DNA from: Elainellaceae cyanobacterium
GTDB lineage: Bacteria > Cyanobacteriota > Cyanobacteriia > CAZCXK01
Length of the DNA stretch: 64,000 nucleotides
Reading direction: 5' to 3'
NCBI GenBank assembly: GCA_051117335.1
Contig: JBNPEB010000009.1
Span: forward strand, 138,058 to 202,057
Part shown: in pieces, positions 18,513 through 27,243 of the stretch
How positions within the stretch are numbered: position 1 is the first letter of the stretch
How the letters are laid out: every line of letters starts with the position of its first letter
The notes under the pieces: generated by a model
Seen by the model: only the letters and a program-made list of their open reading frames with translations
Database searches by the model: none
Told to the model about the DNA's origin: nothing
Translations under genes and position numbers: made by a program

Positions 18513-18544
18513 ATCCTAATCCTTATACTCAAGTATAAGGTCAA
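18513..18544 (-). promoter_or_regulatory. MerR-type promoter: -35 TTGACC, 20-nt spacer containing a 9-bp dyad, -10 TAGGAT
   Basis: Minus-strand reading: TTGACC (18544-18539), spacer with dyad CCTTATACT-ca-AGTATAAGG (forward 18521-18540), TAGGAT (18518-18513); lies ~25 nt upstream of the merR start. Confidence 0.55.
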
Positions 18545-18882
18545 GTCTATTTCTGGCAACCTTGTCTACGCTCATATCAGGCAAGCATTTGAGCGTATTG
18601 GATGAAGCGCAAATGGCAGCGTCAGGAACTGGTTGAACGTTATATTCTCACCCCAGATGAAAACCAGTTTGTTCTGAGGAACAAGGGAACTAACCGATGC
18701 CAAAATTCTCCAGAGGCTGGGGTTTCGACCAGCCATGGAAGCCGATAGCGAGGCGGTACATCAATAGCTGATTGAAACAGTACTTGCCCATCAATCCCCA
18801 CCTCCAATCCCCACATCTGGGGACAACGACTCCCCACATCCTTTTGTATTTTTTGATCAGACATCCCAAAAGGAGACTGATC

Positions 18883-19308
18883 ATGAATTTTCAGAAGCAA
18901 ATGCTGACACTGGAAACGAAAGCTAAGCTATCCACCCTGTGGATATTTTTTCTGCTCAACATAATATTTCGGGATCTGCATGAACTGGCTAAACCAGAAT
19001 ATCTGGAAGAGTTAATGAACGGGCAAGTATCAGAGCAAATGTTGCTGTTGGCTGGCTTCATGGTCGAGGTGCCGATCGCCATGGTGCTCTTTTCTCGACT
19101 CTTGCCCTATGGTGCCAATCGCTGGACTAATATCGTTGCCGCTGCGATCGTCCTCGCCCTTGCCATCTTCTATGGTACAACCGATCTAGATGATGCCTTT
19201 TTCCTGATTGTTGAGGTCGCCGCGCTGTCATTCGTGATTTGGTCGGCCTGGCGGTGGCGAAACCCGGTTCTTAAGCAGCCGGCGATCGCTCGGGAGGTGT
19301 CGTCATGA
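18883..19308 (+). CDS. Hypothetical membrane protein (3-4 TM), divergent from merR
   Basis: ATG 18883 with AAAGGAGA RBS; hydrophobic segments LSTLWIFFLLNIIF, LLLAGFMVEVPIAMVLF, IVAAAIVLALAIFYG. Confidence 0.5.
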   Translation: MNFQKQMLTLETKAKLSTLWIFFLLNIIFRDLHELAKPEYLEELMNGQVSEQMLLLAGFMVEVPIAMVLFSRLLPYGANRWTNIVAAAIVLALAIFYGTTDLDDAFFLIVEVAALSFVIWSAWRWRNPVLKQPAIAREVSS

Positions 19309-19345
19309 AAACAATTGTACTTAGTGCATAACAGGAGTAATTACA

Positions 19346-19744
19346 GTGATTAAAGGAAGCTGTTGCTGCGGGACCGTGCAATTTGAGTTAACTGAAGTGC
19401 CCAGTATGATGGGCACGTGCCACTGCAGCCGATGCCGCAAAGTTGGCGCCAGCACCCTCGTATTCGTTAAATCCGAAACGTTTCAGATCACTCAAGGGCG
19501 CGATCAAATCGCCACCTACCCGGCAGAACATCCCTATAAGTACGATCGCTGTTTTTGCTCGGTCTGCGGCTCTGCCCTAGGAGAAGTGCTATCCAAAAGC
19601 GATTCATTTCCCTTAGCGGCCAACTGCATAGACGGGGATATTGGACTTGAAAATAGTTTTCATGAATTTGTTTCAGAAAAACCGAACTGGCTCAAAATTG
19701 GCGACACGGCACAGCAATTTGATCAGCATCCGTTCAAGTCTTAA
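19346..19744 (+). CDS. GFA-family (CENP-V/glutathione-dependent formaldehyde-activating-like) zinc-binding protein
   Basis: GTG start; GSCCCG ... CHCSRCRK ... CSVCGSALG cysteine pattern typical of the GFA domain. Confidence 0.75.
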   Translation: MIKGSCCCGTVQFELTEVPSMMGTCHCSRCRKVGASTLVFVKSETFQITQGRDQIATYPAEHPYKYDRCFCSVCGSALGEVLSKSDSFPLAANCIDGDIGLENSFHEFVSEKPNWLKIGDTAQQFDQHPFKS

Positions 19745-19880
19745 GTTCCAGCAGATTCCTGTAGGCTTGCTTGAGCAAAGTGAAACCCGACAGCAACGAG
19801 GGTTTGGGTAGGTTACGCTGGCGCTCCAACCCAGTCTACGAGAGCTATCGTAAGTTTTTATAGTGGTGAGGCGATTCAAA

Positions 19881-20312
19881 ATGCAGCAATACTTAGAGCC
19901 CACGCAAGAGTCTGGTCAAGCCTTCGTCATGAGGGACATCGTTGGCAACGTGGTGATGCTGAATCTTCTGCGCTTTCGAACAGAAGCAGACTACTCCTCT
20001 GCACCAGAGCTTGCTCCGCAAAAGCCCATTTCAGGCGAGGCTGCATACAAGCTTTACATGGCGCACACCATGCCTTACCTGGAAAAGTCGGGTGGCCGAT
20101 TACTCTTCTATGGTCGAGGCGGGCGGTTCCTCGTCGGCCCAGACAGCGAACGTTGGGATGCCGTTATGCTCGTCGAGCAGTCCAGTTCGGCTGCGTTTAT
20201 GGCATTCGCCTCAAATCCCGAATATCTAGTAGGCATGGGACATCGCACGGCTGCTTTATCAGACTCTCGCCTCTTACCACTTGAGGAGATTAATTGGAGA
20301 GTACGGATCTAA
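19881..20312 (+). CDS. DUF1330 domain protein
   Basis: ATG 19881; VMLNLLRFR ... GGRLLFYGRGG ... AVMLVEQSSSAAFMAFASNPEY pattern. Confidence 0.55.
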   Translation: MQQYLEPTQESGQAFVMRDIVGNVVMLNLLRFRTEADYSSAPELAPQKPISGEAAYKLYMAHTMPYLEKSGGRLLFYGRGGRFLVGPDSERWDAVMLVEQSSSAAFMAFASNPEYLVGMGHRTAALSDSRLLPLEEINWRVRI

Positions 20313-20421
20313 TCAGGCACGACATCGGAGCAGCGAGCGAACCGCTCTTTGCCTTTCGTAAGTCATTCGTTATTGCCTGGTGAACTGAGTCGCTATGTCA
20401 TTTATGTCGAGGAAATGGCTC

Positions 20422-20916
20422 ATGAAAGTCGTTCTAATCTGTGGATCGACAGGAGTAGGGAAGACCACATATTCTATTTTATTGGCTAAAGAGCTTGGGG
20501 CAGTCAGATTCTCAATTGATCCATGGATGCAGACATTGTTTGCAAAAGATATGAAGTCTCTAGATTACGCCTGGATGATTGAAAGAGTCGAGCGCTGTTA
20601 CCAACAAATATGGGAAGTCAGTGAACAGATACTGTCTTTAGAAGGCGTGGTAGTACTAGACCTGGGATTTACGACAAAAGCACAAAGGTCAATGTTTTTT
20701 GATCTAGCCAATGCGATTGGTGCAAGTTCTGAACTTCACTACTTGAGTGCGCCTGTGAAGATTCGAAAGGCACGAGTCAAGCAACGCAACATTGATAAAG
20801 ATCCGGATTTGTACTCATTTGAAGTAACTGACTTCATGTTCGATTTCATGGAGCCAAAGTTTGAAATTCCAGATGAATCTGAGCTTCAAAATGGTCGGCA
20901 CATCATCGATGGTTAG
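20422..20916 (+). CDS. P-loop NTPase, predicted kinase (AAA_33-like)
   Basis: ATG 20422 with GAGGAAA RBS; Walker A ICGSTGVGKTT. Confidence 0.65.
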   Translation: MKVVLICGSTGVGKTTYSILLAKELGAVRFSIDPWMQTLFAKDMKSLDYAWMIERVERCYQQIWEVSEQILSLEGVVVLDLGFTTKAQRSMFFDLANAIGASSELHYLSAPVKIRKARVKQRNIDKDPDLYSFEVTDFMFDFMEPKFEIPDESELQNGRHIIDG

Positions 20917-20940
20917 TTACATAATATTGAGGAACAACCC

Positions 20941-21477
20941 ATGAAAAAAGTTGCTGTATTTGGTAATACAGGCGCAGGAAAGTCCACCCTCAGCCAACGA
21001 TTGGCAGACATAACAGGACTCCCCTGGATACCGCTTGATTCAATGCAATATAAGCCTGGTGGCGGCGAAGTTCCCCACGCCGAGTTTAAAGCAGCCCATG
21101 ATGCGCTGTTGGAGCAAGACCAGTGGATTGTCGATGGCTTTGGTTCCCCAGACACCCTATGGGTGCGACTGGATACTGCCGATACCCTGGTGTACCTGGA
21201 TATGCCTGTATGGCGGCACTACTGGTGGGTGACGAAGCGTTTTCTGCAAGGGGCTTGGGTGCCACCCGCTGGTTGGCCAGAGGGCAGTCCGCTATTGAAA
21301 GGGACGCTGAATTCCTACCGCACGGTTCGGCTGTGCCATACCAAACTGACGCCCAGGTATCGAGACTATGTGGAGCAAGCTAGGGCCACAAAGCAGGTTT
21401 ACCATCTGCGATCGCGCCGAGACATCGCCCAGTTCTACCAGACCATCGCCGCACAACTGACGTTACATAGGAGCTGA
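20941..21477 (+). CDS. P-loop NTPase, adenylate-kinase-like / topology modulation protein family
   Basis: Walker A VFGNTGAGKSTL; small size, W-rich C-terminus. Confidence 0.65.
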   Translation: MKKVAVFGNTGAGKSTLSQRLADITGLPWIPLDSMQYKPGGGEVPHAEFKAAHDALLEQDQWIVDGFGSPDTLWVRLDTADTLVYLDMPVWRHYWWVTKRFLQGAWVPPAGWPEGSPLLKGTLNSYRTVRLCHTKLTPRYRDYVEQARATKQVYHLRSRRDIAQFYQTIAAQLTLHRS

Positions 21478-21480
21478 ACC

Positions 21481-22098
21481 ATGGCTCAAGCCAACCAATT
21501 TTGGGACAAAGTCGCCGAGAAATACGCCAAGCAGCCCATCGCCGATGAAGCCGCTTACCAGAAAAAACTGGAAGTCACCCGCGACTACTTTCGCCCCGAC
21601 ATGGACGTGCTAGAAATTGGCTGCGGTACGGGGTCAACGGCGATCCTCCACGCGCCCTACGTGAAGCACATCCGCGCCATCGATTTCTCCGCCAGTATGA
21701 TTGCGATCGCCCAGGGCAAGGCCGAGCACATCGATAACGTGACCTTTGAGCAAGCCACCATTGAAGATCTCGACATTCCCGATCAGAGCCTGGATGCGGT
21801 GTTGGGACTCAGCATTTTGCATTTGTTGAGAGATCGGGAAGCGGCGATCGCTCGGGTTTACCAAATGCTCAAACCAGGCGGCGTCTTCGTGACCAGCACC
21901 CCCTGTATAGGAGACACTAAAAGCTGGTTTAAGCTGATCGCGCCCGTTGGCCGATTCCTCGGGGTTTTCCCCTTCGTCGCCGTCTTCACCACCGAAGCGC
22001 TAGAGAATAGCCTGACCAACGCCGGGTTTGAACTGGACTATCAGTGGCAACCCAGCCAAGACAAAGCCGTATTCATCGTGGCTAAAAAGCCTGCATAA
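21481..22098 (+). CDS. Class I SAM-dependent methyltransferase
   Basis: Motif I VLEIGCGTGSTAI; motif post-I/II LKPGGVFV. Confidence 0.8.
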   Translation: MAQANQFWDKVAEKYAKQPIADEAAYQKKLEVTRDYFRPDMDVLEIGCGTGSTAILHAPYVKHIRAIDFSASMIAIAQGKAEHIDNVTFEQATIEDLDIPDQSLDAVLGLSILHLLRDREAAIARVYQMLKPGGVFVTSTPCIGDTKSWFKLIAPVGRFLGVFPFVAVFTTEALENSLTNAGFELDYQWQPSQDKAVFIVAKKPA

Positions 22099-22104
22099 AC
22101 GACC

Positions 22105-22749
22105 ATGAATCTAGAATTGGATCACGTCTTTATACTGGTTGAATCGGAAGCCAAGGTGGCTGATCGGCTGCTTGACCACGGCTTTCGAGAAGGGCCGAGA
22201 AACACTCATCCCGGTCAGGGGACAGCCAACCGTCGCTTTTACTTTGCCAATGGCATGCTGGAGTTTATCTGGGTGCAGGATGCCGATGAAGCGAGAACTG
22301 GGCCGGGTCGAAGCCTGCACTTTGCTGAGCGCGCTGAGGATCCTACTGCATCGCCGTTTGGCGTCATCTTTGTGCCCCGCCAAGACAATGCCAGTCCCAA
22401 CATGCCCTTCCCTGGCTGGCATTACCAACCGGCTTACTTTCCACCACCTAAGGGGTTCCATGTGGGCGCAAATTCTCACAATATTGCTGAACCGCTCTGT
22501 TTCTACTTCCCGTTCCACGATCCGGGAGTGTCCCGACCACAGCCCACACGAAATTCTCAGACGATTAGTGAAATCGTGATTTCGACACCATCGACAGATA
22601 CCGAAGGTGTGTTAAAGCTGGTTTCTCAAGCGGATCGCCTCTCTATGCGATCAGGCCAGGAACACCTTATGAAAATCACGCTGGATCATCACAACTCGGG
22701 GCGTACGGAAGATTATCGCCCTACAATGCCGCTAATCCTGCGTTGGTAA
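22105..22749 (+). CDS. Glyoxalase-like / VOC-family domain protein, hypothetical
   Basis: N-terminal LDHVFILVESEAKVADRLLDHGFREGPRNTHPGQGTANRRFYFANGMLEFIWVQD pattern; flanked by the 64-bp direct repeats 22035-22098 and 22800-22863. Confidence 0.45.
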   Translation: MNLELDHVFILVESEAKVADRLLDHGFREGPRNTHPGQGTANRRFYFANGMLEFIWVQDADEARTGPGRSLHFAERAEDPTASPFGVIFVPRQDNASPNMPFPGWHYQPAYFPPPKGFHVGANSHNIAEPLCFYFPFHDPGVSRPQPTRNSQTISEIVISTPSTDTEGVLKLVSQADRLSMRSGQEHLMKITLDHHNSGRTEDYRPTMPLILRW

Positions 22750-22799
22750 ACAAGGATACGATTGGCCTGTGACGCCCCCTATTCACTGGGTTCGAGCTA

Positions 22800-22863
22800 G
22801 ACTACCGATGGCAACCTGGCAAAGACAAGGCCGTATTCATTGTGGCAAAAAGACCTGGATAAA
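22800..22863 (+). repeat. Degenerate direct copy (~85% identity) of the 3' end of the methyltransferase gene (22035-22098)
   Basis: gactaccgatggcaacc-tggcaaagacaaggccgtattcattgtggcaaaaagacctggataa versus ggactatcagtggcaacccagccaagacaaagccgtattcatcgtggctaaaaagcctgcataa. Confidence 0.6.
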
Positions 22864-22890
22864 TACGAAAAGCCAACTTAAGGTTTCGAT

Positions 22891-23325
22891 ATGGACTACA
22901 CAATTTCAACCGATAAAGCCAAGCTCGATATCCCTCTCATTCACGACTTTCTCTCGAACCACTCCTACTGGGCCAAGGGACGCAGTTTGGCAGCGGTCAA
23001 AACGTCCATCGAAAATACCCACTGCTTTGGCCTGTACGATCGCGACGATCGCATGATTGGCTTTACTCGTGTCCTGACGGATGGTGTCGCCTTTGCCTAC
23101 TTGATGGATGTTTTTATTCTGGAACCCTATCGCAGTCAGGGTTTAGGTCAACATCTGCTAGACCACGTCCTGCACTGCTCGGGCATTCAGGTCAAGGTGT
23201 GGATGTTGGGCACTGCCGATGCCCAGGGCCTATATGAAAAATTTGGTTTCCAGTCCTTAGAAACAGGGACGCGATACATGATCCGCAAAGAAGCAAGGCT
23301 TCCATCAAACATTCAAATATCGTAA
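22891..23325 (+). CDS. GNAT-family N-acetyltransferase
   Basis: RSQGLGQHLLDHVL (acetyl-CoA binding Q/RxxGxG/A motif); ~144 aa. Confidence 0.8.
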   Translation: MDYTISTDKAKLDIPLIHDFLSNHSYWAKGRSLAAVKTSIENTHCFGLYDRDDRMIGFTRVLTDGVAFAYLMDVFILEPYRSQGLGQHLLDHVLHCSGIQVKVWMLGTADAQGLYEKFGFQSLETGTRYMIRKEARLPSNIQIS

Positions 23326-23379
23326 GAAAAAATGACTTTGCACACCACTATAGATAGGTGCTTTAGCGGGAGAACTTCA

Positions 23380-23775
23380 ATGATTACTGGAGAGTGTTTT
23401 TGTGGCGCGATTCGCTATCAGATAAATGGCAGCCTTCGAGAGGCTCGATCTTGTCATTGCTCCAGGTGTCGTAAAGCATTTAGTGGCCAGGCATCTGCAT
23501 ATGCGCGGGTTGAGCCTGACGAGTTTGAATGGATATCGGGTCAAGACAAGCTGAGCAGCTATGTTGGAGCGCATGGATTTGGCATGTCATTTTGCAGTGT
23601 TTGCGGCTCGACACTGTGTGGCAACCATCAAGGCAAAATTCATGGTGTCACGCTCGGCTGCGTGAATGGTGACCCCGAGGTTGAGATTGAAATGCACATT
23701 TTTGTCGGCTCCAAAGCCGCATGGGAAGTGCTGCCAGATGGAATCACAACATTCAAAGAGGGGCCACCTGCCTAA
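23380..23775 (+). CDS. GFA-family zinc-binding protein (second copy)
   Basis: ATG 23380; GECFCGAIRY ... CHCSRCRK ... CSVCGSTLCG. Confidence 0.7.
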   Translation: MITGECFCGAIRYQINGSLREARSCHCSRCRKAFSGQASAYARVEPDEFEWISGQDKLSSYVGAHGFGMSFCSVCGSTLCGNHQGKIHGVTLGCVNGDPEVEIEMHIFVGSKAAWEVLPDGITTFKEGPPA

Positions 23776-23786
23776 AGGAAAGCGGC

Positions 23787-24059
23787 ATGGTTGTTTTAGG
23801 TGCATTATTCGGTGTATTTATTGTGGCTTGGAGACTGCTGGCGATCGCCCAACGCCCCCACCAAATTCGTACCGCTGGCTGTATTGCTTTTGCCGCCTTG
23901 TTTATCTTCACCGGAATCAGTCATCTTGCTTTAGCCGAAAGCATGGTGCAGATGCTGCCGAAATGGGTACCGGGGCGCTATCTGATCACTTACATTACTG
24001 GGATCATGGAAGGTGTGTCGTTCTTGACCAGTCAACCAGCTCAGGAACATTGGGGTTAG
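23787..24059 (+). CDS. Small membrane protein, hypothetical
   Basis: ATG 23787 with AAAGGAA RBS; three hydrophobic helices (VVLGALFGVFIVAWRLLAIA, CIAFAALFIFTGI, YLITYITGIMEGV). Confidence 0.4.
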   Translation: MVVLGALFGVFIVAWRLLAIAQRPHQIRTAGCIAFAALFIFTGISHLALAESMVQMLPKWVPGRYLITYITGIMEGVSFLTSQPAQEHWG

Positions 24060-24186
24060 CTCCGGTTCGACCCCATCGCCTCGCCTAACGTGATAATTCC
24101 ACTCCTGGCTCCTGGTGAGCCATAGCTTTCCAACAACCAAATCTACAAACCGTATAGCCCTCTGTATCCAGGGGGTCAATTTGACC

Positions 24187-24891
24187 ATGCCATTAAACAC
24201 CACACCCCCTACATTAGACCACTGGAGAACCGCTCCCAGTATCGACACCCTGCGATCGCTCTACGATGCATCAGCCCATCACTGGCACGATAATTTGGCC
24301 CGTCTAGGTCAGCTTCACAATTATAAGCTGCTGTTCGAGAGTCAGGTGGTGGGCGATCGCCTGAGTCATCTTGACCAGACCTCTCAAATTCTCGACTGTG
24401 GGGTGGGAACCGGAGCCTTCAGTCTGGCGCTTTTAGACAGTGTCGATCAGCCTGCTCATGTTTCCGGCGTCGATATTTCCTACCCCATGTTGACCCACGC
24501 TCAACAGATTCTGAACCATCGCTGCGCGACGCTCGATTTGAGATGGGGGGATATCAGGTGCTTGCCCTTTGCCGATGCAGCCTTCGACGCGGTCATCTTT
24601 GCCCATGTTTTGGAGCACCTAGCCGACCCCGTAGAAACGCTGCGTGAGATGGTTCGAGTCCTGAAACCAGGTGCTCCGCTGATTGGCTCAGTGACTCGCA
24701 AAGGACTGGGTCAAGTTCTCATGTCCCTGCGCTGGCAAAATCGCGGATATACCTCCCACCATCTGGACTTGTTTCTAAGAGCGGCAGGACTTGAGGTCGT
24801 GAGGTCGTTTGACTATGGTACTGGCTGGTCGAAATGGATGTGCGTCGCCGCGATCGGGGTTAAACCAAGGAAAGAGATCCAAGCATTATGA
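24187..24891 (+). CDS. Class I SAM-dependent methyltransferase (second copy)
   Basis: Motif I ILDCGVGTGAFS; LKPGAPLIGSV. Confidence 0.75.
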   Translation: MPLNTTPPTLDHWRTAPSIDTLRSLYDASAHHWHDNLARLGQLHNYKLLFESQVVGDRLSHLDQTSQILDCGVGTGAFSLALLDSVDQPAHVSGVDISYPMLTHAQQILNHRCATLDLRWGDIRCLPFADAAFDAVIFAHVLEHLADPVETLREMVRVLKPGAPLIGSVTRKGLGQVLMSLRWQNRGYTSHHLDLFLRAAGLEVVRSFDYGTGWSKWMCVAAIGVKPRKEIQAL

Positions 24892-24992
24892 AATCCCTTG
24901 TATTAACCCGATACGGATCTGCCGATAATCTTGAACTGAAGGACGTGGCAAAACCAATCCCAGGAGAGCCTATTGAGGTGAAAAATGCGTAA
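24888..24992 (+). pseudogene. Truncated 5' remnant (34 codons) of a medium-chain (zinc-type) alcohol dehydrogenase / quinone oxidoreductase gene
   Basis: MKSLVLTRYGSADNLELKDVAKPIPGEPIEVKNA then stop; ATGA overlap with the preceding gene stop; typical N-terminus of the MDR oxidoreductase family. Confidence 0.45.
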
Positions 24993-25008
24993 ATCGATAC
25001 TGCATGGT

Positions 25009-26100
25009 TTATGACAGCACAGGTGGTTGAAGTCGGCTTGGGTTAGAGGGAAGCGGAAACACTCGAATCGCGTCGTCTGAAATTGATACTTGAACCCGTG
25101 ACCCTACGGGTAATGCTTCATCAGACGAACTGCGAGCAACCAGAGTACATCCAGTTGGGGTTTTGAGACGGTAACGATGTTCTCGTCCAAGAAACTGGCG
25201 ATCGTAGATAACAATGTCACTGGTTTCGTCGAGAATTAGCTGTATGTCTTCTTGGCGAATCATCAGTTCGGTAGCATCGCTTTCAGGAGCATGATTGATA
25301 TCAAAGGGGCCTAATTCGGTGTTCCATCTGTTGTCCTGTCGAGATGCCTCGATAAAATTGGCTTGTGTCACAAACTCTGCGACAAAGCGCGATGTCGGAT
25401 TACGATAAATCTCTTCAGGAGAACCCACTTGTTCTAAACAGCCGTAACACATCACGGCTACGCGATCGCACATGGATAGCGCTTCTTCTTGATCGTGGGT
25501 GACAAAGATTGCGGATGTGCCTGCTGCTTTCAAAATATCGCGAAGCTCTTGACGAAGTTGCAGCCTCACTTTGGCATCCAGGTTGCTGAGAGGCTCATCC
25601 AGCAGCACTAAGGCCGGATAGGGGGCGAGTGCGCGGGCCAGTGCAACTCGCTGCTGCTGTCCTCCCGAAAGCTGATGAGGATAGCGGTTTTCAAGACCAT
25701 CTAAGCCAACTAGGGCGATCGCCCGTTGGAGGCGATCGCGCATTTTCACCTTCGTCTGTCGACGCAGATTTTTTAGACCAAAGGCGACGTTTTGGGCAAC
25801 TGTTAAATGTGGAAAGAGAGCATAGTCTTGAAACACCATGCCGATACCCCGTTTTTCGGGAGGCAGCCAAACGCTTGAATCAGATACGACATGATGGTCT
25901 AGCTCAATCATTCCAGTTTGGGGGCGCTCAAACCCCGCAATCAATCTAAGAAGAGTCGTTTTACCGCATCCAGACGGCCCTAGTAACCCTAGCAGCTCTC
26001 CTTGATAAAGTGTGAGATCAACAGAACAGACGGCAGGTATATCAACATGAGAAAACTGCCGGGTCAAGTTAATCAAGCGCAAAATTGCAGGTGGGTGCAT
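25009..26100 (-). CDS. ABC transporter ATP-binding protein (PotA/FbpC-like importer ATPase), no cognate permease adjacent
   Basis: Walker A GPSGCGKTT; ABC signature LSGGQQQRVALARAL; Walker B LVLLDEPLS; C-terminal TOBE-like domain. Confidence 0.85.
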   Translation of the reverse strand: MHPPAILRLINLTRQFSHVDIPAVCSVDLTLYQGELLGLLGPSGCGKTTLLRLIAGFERPQTGMIELDHHVVSDSSVWLPPEKRGIGMVFQDYALFPHLTVAQNVAFGLKNLRRQTKVKMRDRLQRAIALVGLDGLENRYPHQLSGGQQQRVALARALAPYPALVLLDEPLSNLDAKVRLQLRQELRDILKAAGTSAIFVTHDQEEALSMCDRVAVMCYGCLEQVGSPEEIYRNPTSRFVAEFVTQANFIEASRQDNRWNTELGPFDINHAPESDATELMIRQEDIQLILDETSDIVIYDRQFLGREHRYRLKTPTGCTLVARSSSDEALPVGSRVQVSISDDAIRVFPLPSNPSRLQPPVLS

Positions 26101-26199
26101 GCAGATTCAACCAATGTGCAGCAAAATACCGAGCAATAGACTCCAGGATGTTTGCTAGATGCTCAATTCTTCAGTTTAAGGCGTTTCTGCAATTAATTC

Positions 26200-27243
26200 T
26201 CAAGAGTGCAGAATTGCATCTAGTAGCGGGTCGGCTCCAAATCGAATTGCATCCGTGCATGGCAGGCTGGTTTCACGGCGGACTTCATCGATGGCTTTTT
26301 GAGCATCGGATTTGCCGAGATGATGGGTGTTGAGGGCGATCGCCACGACCTTAGCAGATGCAAATGCACCACCCGCTGACGCAACAGCTTCATATAGCTG
26401 CACCATTTCGGCTAAGGGTGGAAGTTTAACGTGGGAAAAGTGCTGGATATGGGTTTGCCCAGCTCGATGCACCAGAATTAAATGGGTCGGTTGCGTCCCG
26501 CGAATCAGGGGTAAGGTCGCTGTCGAGGCGGGATTCATGAGTGATCCCTGCCCTTCGACATACACAAGGTCATACTCATGTCCGTAACGCATCACGATTT
26601 GCTCAACGGCACCCGCCGCAAAGTCAATTCGCACCGCATCTAGAGGCACTCCATCGTGACCGAGCATGAGCCCTGTTTGCCCGGTTGCTAAAAATTTAGA
26701 TGAAATGCCCCGCTGCAATGAGGCCCTATAGAGTTCTAGACTTGTCGACATTTTGCCAACGCTCATATCCGATCCGACCGTCAACACTCGTCGGCAGGGT
26801 AGGAGTCGTGCCTGACCGCTACCAACAGTCAACCCCGCTGGCTCGCGGCGCACATCCCAAATCCACTGCTGGTCATGCAGTAGGGAGTTTAAATCTGGGT
26901 CAGCCGCCATCGCCGTGTGCAAGCCATTGACGACCGACAGCCCTGCCTCGACCGCTCGTTTAACTTCTTGATGCCACGGTTCAGGTAATGCTCCTCCCGA
27001 AGGAGCGATGCCGATCGCCAATACGTCGGGGTCAAATTGCAAGGCTTCTTTAACCGATGCCACGATGGGCACCGGACGAGGAATTCCAGTCAAATCTTGA
27101 ACCGAATCTCCTGCACATTCTTCATCAATCACAGCAACAATGGGTAACTCGCTGTAGCGAAGCAGTGAAATTCCGGTCTTACCCTTTGCACTTTTTAAGC
27201 CCTGGTGGAGCAAAATAGCCACACGATGGTTAGCCTTCAGCAC
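26200..27243 (-). CDS. DUF1611 domain protein (DgcN-like)
   Basis: GSDMSVGKMSTSLEL P-loop-like motif; the longest ORF starts at 27318 but overlaps the upstream gene by 89 nt; an in-frame GTG at 27243 removes the overlap. Confidence 0.6.
   Translation of the reverse strand: MLKANHRVAILLHQGLKSAKGKTGISLLRYSELPIVAVIDEECAGDSVQDLTGIPRPVPIVASVKEALQFDPDVLAIGIAPSGGALPEPWHQEVKRAVEAGLSVVNGLHTAMAADPDLNSLLHDQQWIWDVRREPAGLTVGSGQARLLPCRRVLTVGSDMSVGKMSTSLELYRASLQRGISSKFLATGQTGLMLGHDGVPLDAVRIDFAAGAVEQIVMRYGHEYDLVYVEGQGSLMNPASTATLPLIRGTQPTHLILVHRAGQTHIQHFSHVKLPPLAEMVQLYEAVASAGGAFASAKVVAIALNTHHLGKSDAQKAIDEVRRETSLPCTDAIRFGADPLLDAILHS

Noticed and set aside
24060-24085. tRNA-like T-loop sequence GGTTCGACCCC
   Set aside because: No complementary T-stem, acceptor stem or anticodon arm nearby; lies at the end of a membrane-protein CDS
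26085-26333. 82-aa ORF between the ABC ATPase and DUF1611 genes with a nearby hairpin (ctgcaatt...gcagaattgca)
   Set aside because: ORF is antisense or intergenic without RBS; the hairpin is weak and lacks a T-tract
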